Shown here in pieces: positions 9,830 through 20,403 of a stretch of DNA of 64,000 bases (within the stretch, counting starts at the first letter, position 1; every line of letters begins with the position of its first letter). The stretch covers positions 1,920,001-1,984,000 of the forward strand of contig OZ250165.1 of the NCBI GenBank assembly GCA_965238005.1. The letters run 5' to 3'. Made by a program: the position numbers and the translations under genes. The notes beneath the pieces are model-generated. The model was not told the DNA's origin. It did no database searches and worked only from the letters and a program-made list of their open reading frames with translations. This DNA is from Longimicrobiales bacterium (lineage in GTDB: Bacteria > Gemmatimonadota > Gemmatimonadetes > Longimicrobiales > Gaopeijiaceae).

Positions 9830-10926
9830 GAGACGGTCTCCATCCGCGGGTTGGGGCGATGCCAGCGTCCTATCTTTGCCGAAGGGCGGCCCTCCACCAA
9901 TACGACGTCGGCCGTGAAGTCGTAACTGCCTCGCACCAGCGCCGAGCCCACGCCGTAGGAATCCACGGGCACTCCCGCCTCCTTGAAACGACGGATCTTG
10001 TCCGCATCGAAGCCGCCGGATACCACGATCTTCACATGCCTGAACCCCTCCCGGTCGAGGGCGTCTCGCACCTTCTCCACCAATCTCGGATTGACCCCAC
10101 GGGGATCGAAGTCGCCCATCTCCCCCTGAAGGGACTGGTCTACCATGTCGGCGGCCGTGTCGAGGCGGACCCCCCAGAGGCGCTCCCCCAGCGCCCGGGC
10201 CACGGCCAGGGAGGTCCCGACGGAGTCGTTCTCGAAGTCCACCAGCGAGATGATGTTCACGTCTTCCGAGATGTGGCGCACTAGGGCCTCGGTGGCCCTC
10301 ACGGTGTCTCCACCGTAGGCGGCGATGAGCGCGTGGGGAATGGTCCCGTCACCCTCACTCCCCCACCAGGAGGCCTGCGCGTCGGTCGAGACCCCGATGG
10401 CACCGGCCACGTGGGCCGCCCAGCCATCTCCGGTCTGCACCATCCAATGGTCGTGTCGCGCGGGGAAGAACAGGACCGGCTGGGGCCAGGCGGCCTCGAC
10501 GACCTCACGGGTGCTCGTCGCGATCTTGGTGCGACGGCCCAGAACCCCCACGTAGAGCGTCTCGAGATGGGCGAAGGCCGCGTACGGCCCGCGGATCAGC
10601 ATGACCGTCTCCCACGGCTCCACCCGATCCCCGTCCCGCAAGGAGGATACCTCGAGGTCGGAGAAGGAATAGCCATCGGTCAAGCAGAGCTTGAGGATGG
10701 CGATGGCCTCGTCGGTACCGGCCACCCATGCCCGTTTCTTCTGGAAGACTTGCATCGTTACGACAGGGTCGTTCCCGTCGGCGATCAGCACGTCCCGTGC
10801 CCGGACGAAGTACTTGTCCGAGTAGTATCCCGCCCTCATCCTCTCCACGGGGAGCTGGAAGATCTCTGGATCGAGACGATCTCCGTCCCGAATGGGATCC
10901 GGAGGCCCCGCCGAGGCAGTGCTCAC
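9826..10926 (-). CDS. pncB: Nicotinate phosphoribosyltransferase (QAPRTase-like type)
   Basis: GYYSDKYF, FPARHDH, GTIPHALI, GVRLDT, IVVSGGF, YGVGS, DFTADVV. Confidence 0.8.
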   Translation of the reverse strand: MSTASAGPPDPIRDGDRLDPEIFQLPVERMRAGYYSDKYFVRARDVLIADGNDPVVTMQVFQKKRAWVAGTDEAIAILKLCLTDGYSFSDLEVSSLRDGDRVEPWETVMLIRGPYAAFAHLETLYVGVLGRRTKIATSTREVVEAAWPQPVLFFPARHDHWMVQTGDGWAAHVAGAIGVSTDAQASWWGSEGDGTIPHALIAAYGGDTVRATEALVRHISEDVNIISLVDFENDSVGTSLAVARALGERLWGVRLDTAADMVDQSLQGEMGDFDPRGVNPRLVEKVRDALDREGFRHVKIVVSGGFDADKIRRFKEAGVPVDSYGVGSALVRGSYDFTADVVLVEGRPSAKIGRWHRPNPRMETVS

Positions 10927-13900
10927 CAAACCTCCTCTCGCTGTTGCGTCGTGTAGAAGATGATCCGCTCCTTCACCGGCTCATCGGTCAAGCGACTCCA
11001 ACAGGTGGCGTACAACTCCACCTGCCGCCGGTACGCCTCCTCGCGAGCCGGGAAGTCCGGATCCGTGCCCACATCCGTCTTGTAGTCGGCGATCGTCCAG
11101 CCGTCAGCCTCCCGGAACGCCAGATCGATGACGCCCTCCACGTACCGGGATGTCTCCACCTTTCCGGACCTCTCGGCGGTCTCCAACTCCGGGACCCTCG
11201 TCGAGAACGGAACTTCTACCAAGGTCCGCTCGGCAGCCCGTGCCCGCTCCCAGAGCGAAGACGTGCGCACGACTTCCACGAGCGCGACGAGCGAGGCGAG
11301 CTCCGTGGGCTCGCCCTCGGCGTCCAAGGGTCGCTCGTTCTCCAGGAGCAATCCGCGACAGACCCCCACCAGGGCTTCTTCCGACAGGTCGCCTGCCGCG
11401 GCCGCGAGAGCACCGTGCACCACCGTCCCCCAACTGAATCCCCGGGACCGCAGTTCCGGGGGCCGGTCCTCCGTGGGAGCCCCCGTGGGATCCCCCGCGG
11501 ACACCTCGGCGATCTCCGGGCGCCCACTCTCGAGATTCAGAGCCAACTGTGCTTCCCCCTTCTCGGCCGTCTTCGCCACGGATGTCACGGACTGGAATAG
11601 GTATCCGGGCCGACCTTTCTTGTCACGTCTCACGTCTATGCCGACCGCGCGATCGCGAATCGCCCTCCCATCCTCCTCCAGAGTGGCTCGGGGGCGAAGC
11701 GGCTCGATGACCATATCGTCCAGGCGAGCCCCGTGCTCCTCCAACCACGGGTCCAGGAGGGACCACGGTGACTTCGCGATGTGCTCGTCTCTCCGGGCCA
11801 CCACGAGCTCGTCCTCCGCCCGCGTGGCCGCCACGTACATGAGGCGTACCTCTTCGGCGTCATCGAAGCGCTCCTCCGCGGCCTGTCTCTCGAACCAGTC
11901 GGGAGGCATGGCGTGGATGTTCATACCCCACTTCTCGCGCGTCTGAACGACCAGGTATCCGGCGGCCCTCCCCTCGTCCAGCCTGGCGATGTGGTGATCG
12001 GGCTCCCGTCTGGTCTCCCCAACAGGGGCGGCAAGGACCACCACGGGGGCCTGGAGGCCCTTGGCCTTGTGGATGTTCATGACCCGCACGGCGTCGGAGC
12101 GTCCCGGTTGTAGTGGCGCCTCGGGCTCCTTGGCCTCGAGGGCGAGACGGACGGCCTCCAGTGCCCCGGCGATGGACGTGCTTCCCTCGAGGGTCGACGA
12201 CCCCACCGCGTCCAGGACGTAGAGGAGCGCCCCTGAGCGGATCTGTCCGAGCGGGCCCGACGCTGCATGAGGGAGAAGACCGATCTCGTCCGTGATGCGA
12301 GCCAGAACCCCGTCGGCCGGTGCGCGGCGGGTCGCTTCCCACCATCGGTTCAGGCGTCGGAGGGTCTTGGTGACGTCCGTCTCCGGCTGTCCATGGAGGG
12401 ATGTCAGCGTGAACCGGCCGCCCTTCACCCGGTGATCTAGAAGCTGCTCGAAGTCGAGACCGAAGAAGAGCCCCACCAACACGGCTGCCAGCTTCACGGG
12501 ATCGCTGGGATCGGCCAGACACTCCAGGAGACGAACCAGCTCGGAGATCTCCTCCTCTTGCCCCACGGCGACGCCGGAGAGGGCCACGGGCAGGTCCCGT
12601 GCTTCGAGCTCTCGAGCATAGGGATCGAGGTCCTTTCGGTACCGGGTGAGGATCAGGAAGTCTCCAGGTGTGCGGTCGCCTCCTGGAGCGCATCGCCGGC
12701 CGATCCAGGTGGCGAGCTTCGCCGCATCCTCCGAGACCATGGCGTCCCGGGCTGCATTCTCGATCAGGTAGTGGAAGACGCCGTCGGGCTTGTCGGGCCG
12801 CTCCGATCGCTGTGGCAGAAGCGGGGCGAACGCCGCCTGATGAGCCGTCGCCACGGCTGGGAGGCCTGCCCCACCCTCGAAGACGCCGTTCACCAATGCC
12901 GCCACCGCCGGCACAGAGCGGAAGTTGGCCTCCAGTCCCAACACGCTGCCAAACGCCTTGAAGCGATCCTTGACCGCGTTGTACACCGTGATGTCGGCCC
13001 GCCGGAATCGGTAGATACTCTGCTTCGGGTCCCCCACCACGAACAGGGCCCCCGCTCGCGGCTCCAGCACCAACCAGCTCTCCGCAGTCCCACCGGCATC
13101 CCGCCCTCCTCCGTGCACTCCCTTCTCGCCTCCTCCAGGCTCGGTGGCTGCGTCCTCGAGCGGCTCCGCGGCCAGCAGCATGAGGATCTCGGCCTGTATG
13201 GGATCCGTGTCCTGGAACTCGTCCACGAGAACTCGACGATACCGGAGGCCGAATTGGCGGCGGGCCTCGACGCTGGACCGCAAGAGCTTCACCGTAAGCG
13301 TCAGGAGGTCTTGGAAGTTGAGCCGCCCCGTCCGTCGCCTCTCCGCCTCCCACGCCTGCGCCGCTCCGACGACCATTCGGATGGCGACGGCATACCGGTG
13401 CATGCGCCACTGTAACAGGAGCCGCTGACAGGGAGCTCCTTCCGCCACGAAGGCGGAGAACGCCGAAGCCAGCTCCTTGGCTCGGGCCTTGATGGCCGGA
13501 TCGTCCGACCATCTGATCTGAGTCACCTTGTACGTCTTCCGACGAGCCACCCCGGAGAGGGCGTGGAGGAACTCCAAATCCGAGTCCCACCCGATGACGC
13601 GGAGGGAGTATCGGAGACCGTACACCTTCTTCTGCAGGTCGTCCCAGCTCTTCTCGGGCTCCGACCCGGGCATGATCTCCTCGGCCCGGTCCATCAGGCG
13701 CGTCAATTCCTCGCGCACGGCGGTGATCTCCGTCGGATCCGGCCGGGGCACGTCCTCGGCGGGGAACTCCACATCGGGGTGCTCGCAGACTTCGCTGAAC
13801 AGACGCTCGAGCTGCCTCGGGTGCAGCCCGACCTCCGCGAGCTGGGCGAGAATCGGGTCGGCGTCGGCGGCGAGCCTTTCCAGGTGTGCCGCCCAGAACC

Positions 13901-14357
13901 CTGTCGCGAGTTTGTACGAAGTCTCTTCCGTCAGCTCTTGGAAGCCGGGGTCCAAGCCAGCCTCCAGCGGCCGCTCCCGAAGGAGCCGCGCACAGAACGC
14001 ATGGATCGTCCCGATGAACAGTTGGTCAAGCGAAGAGAGAGCCTGGCTCAGCCTAGCGCCCTCGCCCGAGCCGGGTGCCTGGGCCGCCAACACCCGCTCG
14101 AGCTCCACCTGAAAGCGCTCACGAAGCTCGCCTGCGGCCTTGCGGGTGAAGGTCACTGCGGCGATCTCCGACGCTGTTGTGGTGCCCGACCGGATGAGCG
14201 CCACCATGCGGCGCAAGAGCGACGTCGTCTTGCCGGAGCCGGCGCCCGCCTCGACCAGGATGTTCGTATCCAGGTCCGAGTCGATGTCCGTCCTGGCGGC
14301 CTCGTCCGGAAGATGCCGCTTCGCCTCGTCAGGTAGCTGCCGCTCCGCCCCACTCAC
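10923..14357 (-). CDS. addA: AddA-like UvrD helicase with C-terminal PD-(D/E)XK nuclease
   Basis: AGAGSGKTT, VDEFQDT, VGDPKQSIYRFR, NFRS, HKAKGL, YVAATRA; C-terminal GVIDL...DYKT. Confidence 0.85.
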   Translation of the reverse strand: MSGAERQLPDEAKRHLPDEAARTDIDSDLDTNILVEAGAGSGKTTSLLRRMVALIRSGTTTASEIAAVTFTRKAAGELRERFQVELERVLAAQAPGSGEGARLSQALSSLDQLFIGTIHAFCARLLRERPLEAGLDPGFQELTEETSYKLATGFWAAHLERLAADADPILAQLAEVGLHPRQLERLFSEVCEHPDVEFPAEDVPRPDPTEITAVREELTRLMDRAEEIMPGSEPEKSWDDLQKKVYGLRYSLRVIGWDSDLEFLHALSGVARRKTYKVTQIRWSDDPAIKARAKELASAFSAFVAEGAPCQRLLLQWRMHRYAVAIRMVVGAAQAWEAERRRTGRLNFQDLLTLTVKLLRSSVEARRQFGLRYRRVLVDEFQDTDPIQAEILMLLAAEPLEDAATEPGGGEKGVHGGGRDAGGTAESWLVLEPRAGALFVVGDPKQSIYRFRRADITVYNAVKDRFKAFGSVLGLEANFRSVPAVAALVNGVFEGGAGLPAVATAHQAAFAPLLPQRSERPDKPDGVFHYLIENAARDAMVSEDAAKLATWIGRRCAPGGDRTPGDFLILTRYRKDLDPYARELEARDLPVALSGVAVGQEEEISELVRLLECLADPSDPVKLAAVLVGLFFGLDFEQLLDHRVKGGRFTLTSLHGQPETDVTKTLRRLNRWWEATRRAPADGVLARITDEIGLLPHAASGPLGQIRSGALLYVLDAVGSSTLEGSTSIAGALEAVRLALEAKEPEAPLQPGRSDAVRVMNIHKAKGLQAPVVVLAAPVGETRREPDHHIARLDEGRAAGYLVVQTREKWGMNIHAMPPDWFERQAAEERFDDAEEVRLMYVAATRAEDELVVARRDEHIAKSPWSLLDPWLEEHGARLDDMVIEPLRPRATLEEDGRAIRDRAVGIDVRRDKKGRPGYLFQSVTSVAKTAEKGEAQLALNLESGRPEIAEVSAGDPTGAPTEDRPPELRSRGFSWGTVVHGALAAAAGDLSEEALVGVCRGLLLENERPLDAEGEPTELASLVALVEVVRTSSLWERARAAERTLVEVPFSTRVPELETAERSGKVETSRYVEGVIDLAFREADGWTIADYKTDVGTDPDFPAREEAYRRQVELYATCWSRLTDEPVKERIIFYTTQQREEVW

Positions 14358-17300
14358 GTGCCGTCCTCCCAGCCCCTGATCCGGCGAAGCCCGGCGTACT
14401 CCTCCAGAACGAGCATGTTGCGCTCGCCCCACTCGGCCATGGGTGAGGTGAGATTCCAGCCGTCGCCAGAGACCCTGCACACAGACCTGAAGTCACAGAC
14501 CTGACAGTCTTCTTTGTCGTTGGTAGGGAGCAGTCGTCCCGATGCCACCTGGTCCAGCATCACCCCCAGCAGCTCCAGGCCCGGACGCACCGACTCACGA
14601 GTGAACCTCCGTTCCTCGTTGCGCCCTGTCGCCGTCGGGAAGACGTACGCGATGTCGGCCACGTCCTCGCCCAACAGCCGCTCCGCGACTTCGGCGTAGA
14701 TCACGTGCTGCATTCTCCGGCCCCCGTGAAAAACGGCCGATGCGGGCGTGAACCCGTACGGGGAGCCTGTCTTGTAGTCCAGGATGTGGAGTCCGTCCTC
14801 GTCGCGATCGACCCGGTCCACGGCGCCCTGAACCGAGATGGAGCCCCCGCCGACCGTGACTTCCACCGGAGGCGAGTCGTCCCTGCCGAACTTCATCTCC
14901 AGACGAATCCACGGAGCGCCTCGGTCCCGCACGAAGTCGGTGAAGGATCGGACATCCTCCGTCAGAAGCGTCAGCCCATGAGCGTATACGGCCTCGTTGG
15001 GGACCGGCACCGCGTTCCTGAGCCGCCGGGCCTCCTGCTCGAGTACCTCGATGGCCATGTCGTGGAACGCGGGCTCATCCGGCTCGAGACTCTCCTCGCG
15101 CGCCCGTGTGAGTGTTCGTTCGAAGACCCGATGGAGTAGCGCGCCCCGCTGCAGGTGATCCAACCAACGTTCCGGATCGAGAGCCGGGTCGTCGGGCGGC
15201 CGCAACCCGATGCCGTATCGAAGGAGGTACCGGAGCGGGCACGCACCCAAGGCCTCCAGTCGCGTGGCCGAGGCAACGATGAGGGGGTACGCACGTGGAT
15301 CCATCAGCTCGGCACGGGGCGCCACCAGCCCGTGGTGAGCCGACGCCTGGTCCTTCACGCGCTGGCTCCTGGCCTCCATTCCACGACCCAATTCTGGGAA
15401 GGCCTTCTCCAACACTCCCCCGGCATTGAGGAAGCCGCCGTCACGGCCTAGGGTGTCGAGCCAGACGTCGGTGCCGTCCAGAGGCCCCGAGCGCGGGATC
15501 GCACAGACCGGCTCTCCCAGGGCCTTGTGGAAGTCGTCGAAGGTGGCCGCTGGCCTCCCCTTCCAGAGCCTGAACATGTCGAGGAGAACGGACGATGGTT
15601 GAACGACACGTGCTTCCGCCGAGTCCCAGGCAGTATAGCTCGCCGTCACCCGACCCCGGGTCCGGGCCAGAAGCGCCGCCAACTGAAAGCGCCTCTCCGC
15701 GAGGCGTGCCCCCGACGTGGGCAAGCCCGCGGCCAACTCTTTTCGATCGAGGTCCAGGAGGACCGGGTCCTGGGCGCCGGCTCCGGGAAAGCGGCCGGCG
15801 TCCAATCCGACCATGAACGTAGCCCTCCTCCCCGTATATCCCCCGTGGGAGAGGTCGGTGAGGTGGACGTGGCCGCCCGTGGACTTCCAGGGTGGAGACC
15901 CTTCGTCCCAGGCCGCTCGGACACGGATGTCGAGGTGGCTGCGTAGCGCGGCCATGGCCGCATCGAACGAGGTCTTGCGGGTGAGGGTATCGGCGATGCG
16001 GGAGAGGCGCCCGAGGAGATCCTCGCGACCGACCGCATTTGCGCCCTCCCCCTCGGGAACGAGCTGCAAGAAGGCCTGGACTCCCCTGGCGAGCTCCGCC
16101 GCAGAGACGCTTCCGCGCTCCAGCACCAGAGGTCTCGGCGTCCAGGGGGTGGCGTCCTCGAGAACCCCGAGGAGGGACTCCAGAGCCTTCAGCTCCCGCA
16201 CGCGGTGCTCACCGCGCGCCTGGGCCTCTTCGGGAGACTCGTCCCTGAAGGGTTTCACCTTGTGCCCTGCGGCTTCCTCCACCGCGAGCTCCAGCGCCGC
16301 CCGTACCGCCGGGAGGTATCGGGAGCGCCCCCATCCGACGCGGAGCCGTCGGAGAAGTCGGGCCAGCGCGGCCGAGGACACGCCCTCGTACTCGGCCGGA
16401 GCCACGAGGTCGCCGGCCTCCAGGAGACCCCGAAGGACGTCGGCCGGAAAGCCGCTCTCGATCCACCGCAAATAGGCCTCCAGGGCCCGACCGGGTCGTG
16501 TCCGCCGGATCGCCAAACCAACCCCGAAGCTGCAAGGCACGCCCAATTGGTGGGAGAGGGCATCGAGGACGGCGCCGTACGTGCTCGGATCGGGGGTGAC
16601 GATCTCGACGTCGTCCCAGCGGAAGCCGCTCACCATCGTGCGCCGCAGCACCTCCCGGAGCTCGTCCCGGACACTGGCTGCCGCAAACATCTCTACGTCG
16701 GGCACGTCATCACCCGCCGGCGCCCGATCCACGGCGTGGACGAAGGAGAACCGGCCCCTCGCCGGAACAGCCTTCCAGACCATCGCCGTCGGAGGAGGCA
16801 TCCCGACGACCGGATCGGTGGCGAGGACCGTGGCCCCCCGCTGCTGCAAGGCATCGATGAACCGTCCGCCACCCCCCCTGGTGCCGAGACCGGGAAGAAG
16901 AAGGAAGATGGTGTCGTCCGGGCCGCTCGATCCGTCCTGGTTCAGAACCTCGGTAGCCCGGCGCAACACCTCGGCGGGGTCCGCGAGATGCCGCTCCGCC
17001 AAGGTCCTCTGGTAGGACGTCAGGAGCTCCCCAAGAAACGCCCTACGGGCGGGCCCTGAGGCGGGCCCTGAGGCGAGAGACTCGGGGGCCACACCCGACA
17101 GCCGAAGAGCCACAACCGCCCCCAGGATCGCCTCCCGGAATCCCACGCCATGCTCGAGAATACTCAGGTCCGGCCACTCACCCGTCGCGAACACGCCATC
17201 CATGGCCTGGTCCACGAGGGCCCTTTGACCGAATTCGTCCAGGATCGTCAGCCCCACGGCGGCAAGATCCGGCCCCGCGATCTGGGCGGCCAACCGCCCC

Positions 17301-17476
17301 GGGGTCGTGACCTCGAACCCCGCCCATCCTCCCTCGTGGAGCGCAAGCGCACGGAGCAGCTCACTTCCCTCGCCGAACGTCGTGGATATCAAGACCTTCC
17401 GGGAGAGCGGGTGGGCCTTGGCCACGCGGCCAAGCGAGTGGAGAAGCGTGAACCGGGGGCCGAGTCGATCAGCCAC
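14354..17476 (-). CDS. addB: AddB-like PD-(D/E)XK nuclease subunit with 4-Cys Fe-S motif
   Basis: SATRLEALGACPLRY, GAVDRVD, LDYKTG, CQVCDFRSVC; GTGA overlap with addA. Confidence 0.8.
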   Translation of the reverse strand: MADRLGPRFTLLHSLGRVAKAHPLSRKVLISTTFGEGSELLRALALHEGGWAGFEVTTPGRLAAQIAGPDLAAVGLTILDEFGQRALVDQAMDGVFATGEWPDLSILEHGVGFREAILGAVVALRLSGVAPESLASGPASGPARRAFLGELLTSYQRTLAERHLADPAEVLRRATEVLNQDGSSGPDDTIFLLLPGLGTRGGGGRFIDALQQRGATVLATDPVVGMPPPTAMVWKAVPARGRFSFVHAVDRAPAGDDVPDVEMFAAASVRDELREVLRRTMVSGFRWDDVEIVTPDPSTYGAVLDALSHQLGVPCSFGVGLAIRRTRPGRALEAYLRWIESGFPADVLRGLLEAGDLVAPAEYEGVSSAALARLLRRLRVGWGRSRYLPAVRAALELAVEEAAGHKVKPFRDESPEEAQARGEHRVRELKALESLLGVLEDATPWTPRPLVLERGSVSAAELARGVQAFLQLVPEGEGANAVGREDLLGRLSRIADTLTRKTSFDAAMAALRSHLDIRVRAAWDEGSPPWKSTGGHVHLTDLSHGGYTGRRATFMVGLDAGRFPGAGAQDPVLLDLDRKELAAGLPTSGARLAERRFQLAALLARTRGRVTASYTAWDSAEARVVQPSSVLLDMFRLWKGRPAATFDDFHKALGEPVCAIPRSGPLDGTDVWLDTLGRDGGFLNAGGVLEKAFPELGRGMEARSQRVKDQASAHHGLVAPRAELMDPRAYPLIVASATRLEALGACPLRYLLRYGIGLRPPDDPALDPERWLDHLQRGALLHRVFERTLTRAREESLEPDEPAFHDMAIEVLEQEARRLRNAVPVPNEAVYAHGLTLLTEDVRSFTDFVRDRGAPWIRLEMKFGRDDSPPVEVTVGGGSISVQGAVDRVDRDEDGLHILDYKTGSPYGFTPASAVFHGGRRMQHVIYAEVAERLLGEDVADIAYVFPTATGRNEERRFTRESVRPGLELLGVMLDQVASGRLLPTNDKEDCQVCDFRSVCRVSGDGWNLTSPMAEWGERNMLVLEEYAGLRRIRGWEDGT

Positions 17477-18920
17477 CGCTGCTAAGCGACGCGTCCTCAG
17501 GCCGGTCGAGGTCTTCCTTAACGACAAGGGACTGGGGGATCGAGATCGTGAAGACCGATCCCTCACCCAGCGTGCTCTGAACAGAGACCTCCATTCCCAT
17601 GAGCTCGCACAGCGACCGCGATATGGCCAAGCCCAGGCCCGAACCGGAGTGCACCCGCGTAGTCCCACCGTCACCCTGCTCGAAAGCGTCGAAGATGGTG
17701 GACAAGCGCTCCGAGGGGATGCCCACGCCGGTATCTTCCACCCGTATCTCGCGCGGAATCGAATCGGGAGCGTCCAGGACGACGGTGATGGAGCCCTCTT
17801 TGGTGAACTTGACGGCATTGCCCACGAGTTTGATCAAGACTTGACGAAGCCGTGATTCATCCGCCCGGATGCGACGCGGCTCCGGCGGCATCTCGATCCG
17901 AACGGCCACATGTCCCTTCAGCGCCCAGTCCTCGAGCTGGTCCACTGTCTCCTGGATGAGCGAGGCCACGTCCAGCTCTTTGGTCTCGATCGCGATCCCC
18001 CCTTCTTCGATGCGGGCCAGATCCAGAAGGTCGTTGATGAGGTTGAGCAGGTGCAGCGCGTTGAGGCGTATGCGCTGGAGGTAGTTGAGATCGCGGGATT
18101 CGAGGCTCAAGTGCTTGTTCCTGAGCAGGACATTCGTGAATCCCATCACCGAGTGGAGTGGGGTCCGCAACTCGTGGCTCATGCGACCGAGGAATTCGCT
18201 CTTGGCCGCATTCGCCTCCTCGGCCCGGCGGCGGGCGGCATCGAGCTCCGCGGATTGCTCTTCCAGCCGAAGGATGAGGTCTTTGGCCGCGTGCGTTCTC
18301 TTCTGCTGGTGCCAGGGTCCCCCGGCCACTAGCACCAGGAAGACGTTCATGCTCGCCAGCACCATGAGCTTGGCGATCTCGGCACCCCACACCAGATCCT
18401 GCCCCTCCACCAGAGCCAGATACGCCAGTAGGCCCGCGTAGGCGATGGGCCCCAGGCCGGCCATCACCCGGGCCCGGATCCGGTTCAGCCACAGCTGATC
18501 CGCGGTGCGGAGCAGGAATATCGGCCAGAGCAGGCTCTGCGCTCCCCCACTGACATAGATGGCCCAGGTCCACGTCAGCAGATCGAGCACCAGGAAGATG
18601 TCACCCAGGTGGACAGCCGAGACGCGGGTGAAATACGCCCGTAGCAGCCCCCAGGAAACCAGGCAGTAGAGCTCCAGGCCGATGACCAGGGGCAGGTACG
18701 TAGCGAAGTCCAGTTCCCCGAAGACGATCAGGTTGTGGATCGCCACCACGAGGAGGAGAAGGTTGGACCCGATCAGGCGGAGGGCGGGGACCTGGACGAC
18801 GTTGAAGCGGTAGAGCCCCGGCAGGTCCTCGCGGTCAGCCTCCTCCAGATCCAGGGCCCGCTCCACCTCCTCAACGAGGTGGACCTCGAAGGACGTGTCG
18901 TTCTTGGCATCCACACTCAT
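17469..18920 (-). CDS. Membrane sensor histidine kinase (HisKA + HATPase_c)
   Basis: Several TM helices; MSHELRTPL, GNAVKFT, DTGVGI, GSGLGLAI. Confidence 0.92.
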   Translation of the reverse strand: MSVDAKNDTSFEVHLVEEVERALDLEEADREDLPGLYRFNVVQVPALRLIGSNLLLLVVAIHNLIVFGELDFATYLPLVIGLELYCLVSWGLLRAYFTRVSAVHLGDIFLVLDLLTWTWAIYVSGGAQSLLWPIFLLRTADQLWLNRIRARVMAGLGPIAYAGLLAYLALVEGQDLVWGAEIAKLMVLASMNVFLVLVAGGPWHQQKRTHAAKDLILRLEEQSAELDAARRRAEEANAAKSEFLGRMSHELRTPLHSVMGFTNVLLRNKHLSLESRDLNYLQRIRLNALHLLNLINDLLDLARIEEGGIAIETKELDVASLIQETVDQLEDWALKGHVAVRIEMPPEPRRIRADESRLRQVLIKLVGNAVKFTKEGSITVVLDAPDSIPREIRVEDTGVGIPSERLSTIFDAFEQGDGGTTRVHSGSGLGLAISRSLCELMGMEVSVQSTLGEGSVFTISIPQSLVVKEDLDRPEDASLSSGG

Positions 18921-19105
18921 GGATAGGTGGGCATTCCCTGGCGCGGAGTTGACTTCGGTTTTCCCGAGCGAATCGGGCCGGCTTGCCGGGTATCGGCGAA
19001 GAGTAGGGTGGCCCGGCATGGGGCGCCAGGCCCCACCCACGTCCCGTGGGTTGTGCCCCGTGGGCCCTTGTCACCAGACCTGAAGTCATCCGATACTATC
19101 GGTGT

Positions 19106-20335
19106 ATGGCGACGCTGCTATGGGTCCTGGGGGTATCTCTCTCCGTCTCCTTCCTGTGTTCCATCTTGGAGGCCGTCCTCCTCTCCGTAACACACTCCTA
19201 CGTTGAGGTCCTCCGGGAGCAGGGATCCAAAGCCGGAGACTATCTGAGCGCCATGCGAGAGAGGATCGACGAGCCCATCGCGGCGATTCTGACGCTCAAC
19301 ACCATAGCACACACGGCCGGCGCCGCGCTCGGGGGCTCGATCGCGGCCCGCGTCTTCGGTGAGATATGGATCGGGGTATTCACCGGGGTCCTGACCCTGG
19401 TCATCCTCCTCTTCTCCGAGATCGTGCCGAAGACGATCGGGGCTACTTTCTGGCAGAAACTCGCAAAGCCGTCCGCGCACGTCCTGCGCTGGATGATCAT
19501 CCTCATGAAGCCGATCCTGGTGCCTCTCAACCTCTTCAGCCAGGTGCTCCGGGGCTCGCGCGGCCCCACGGTCAGCCGGGCCGAGCTGGAGGTCATGGCC
19601 CAGATCGGCTACGGCGAGGGCACCATCGACGAAGATGAGTGGAAGGTCGTGACCAACGTGATCCGCCTCGACGAGGTCACGGTCGGGGAGGTCATGACGC
19701 CTCGGACGGACATGGTGGCGGTGCCCCGGGACGCCACGGTGGAGGAGGCCATGGCGGTCATGCTGGACGAGGGGCACCTCCGCCTGCCCGTCTACGGGGA
19801 ATCCCTGGACAAGATCGAGGGGCTGCTCGTGGCCCGAGACCTTTGGCGCGGTGACCGGGAGGCCCTGGAGGACATCTCGCGCATCCTCCGCCCCATCAGG
19901 TTCATCCCCACTACCAAGCTGGTGGAGGACCTGATCCCCGAGATGCGGACCAACAGGACGAAGATGGCCATCGTCGTGGACGAGTTCGGCGGAACGGCAG
20001 GTCTGGTGACCCTCGAGGATCTCATCGAGGAGATTATCGGAGAGATCCAGGACGAGCATGAGGCGGACGAGCCTCTGAGCTTCGAGCAGCTATCCGACGG
20101 CCACGTCCTTATCTGGGGTGGAGTACCGGTTCGGGAGGTGAACGACCATCTGGGCCTCGCCCTTTCAGAAGATCTCCACGACACCCTGGGGGGCTACGTC
20201 TTCGGAGCCTTGAACCGTGTCGGGCGCGAGGGGGACATAGTGGAGGTCGAGGGCGGGCGTCTCCGCATCTCGAAGATGCGAGGACGCCGGGTCGAATACG
20301 TCATTCTGGTCCCCAGCGTGCCCGAGGCCGAGTAG
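19106..20335 (+). CDS. Hemolysin-family CNNM/CBS/CorC protein
   Basis: CSILEAVLLS, LNTIAHT, SEIVPKT, VMTPR, VDEFGGTAGLVTLEDLIEEIIGEI. Confidence 0.92.
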   Translation: MATLLWVLGVSLSVSFLCSILEAVLLSVTHSYVEVLREQGSKAGDYLSAMRERIDEPIAAILTLNTIAHTAGAALGGSIAARVFGEIWIGVFTGVLTLVILLFSEIVPKTIGATFWQKLAKPSAHVLRWMIILMKPILVPLNLFSQVLRGSRGPTVSRAELEVMAQIGYGEGTIDEDEWKVVTNVIRLDEVTVGEVMTPRTDMVAVPRDATVEEAMAVMLDEGHLRLPVYGESLDKIEGLLVARDLWRGDREALEDISRILRPIRFIPTTKLVEDLIPEMRTNRTKMAIVVDEFGGTAGLVTLEDLIEEIIGEIQDEHEADEPLSFEQLSDGHVLIWGGVPVREVNDHLGLALSEDLHDTLGGYVFGALNRVGREGDIVEVEGGRLRISKMRGRRVEYVILVPSVPEAE

Positions 20336-20403
20336 GCCGGCACCAGGGCCCCTCGCCGGCCACCAGGGCCCGCACGCCCACCGTCGAGGAATCCCGCTTC
20401 GGC

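Noticed and set aside
11860..13590. Long alternative-frame and antisense ORFs (this one and many similar)
   Set aside because: They are Arg/Gly/Pro-rich shadows of real genes, as expected in high-GC DNA.
14298..14345. RQLPDEAK/RHLPDEAA duplication at the AddA N-terminus
   Set aside because: Small in-frame 24-bp duplication with no evident significance.
10923..17476. Helicase/nuclease pair as a novel defence system or Cas4 module
   Set aside because: Size, gene order and motifs fit housekeeping AddAB; there are no cas genes or array.
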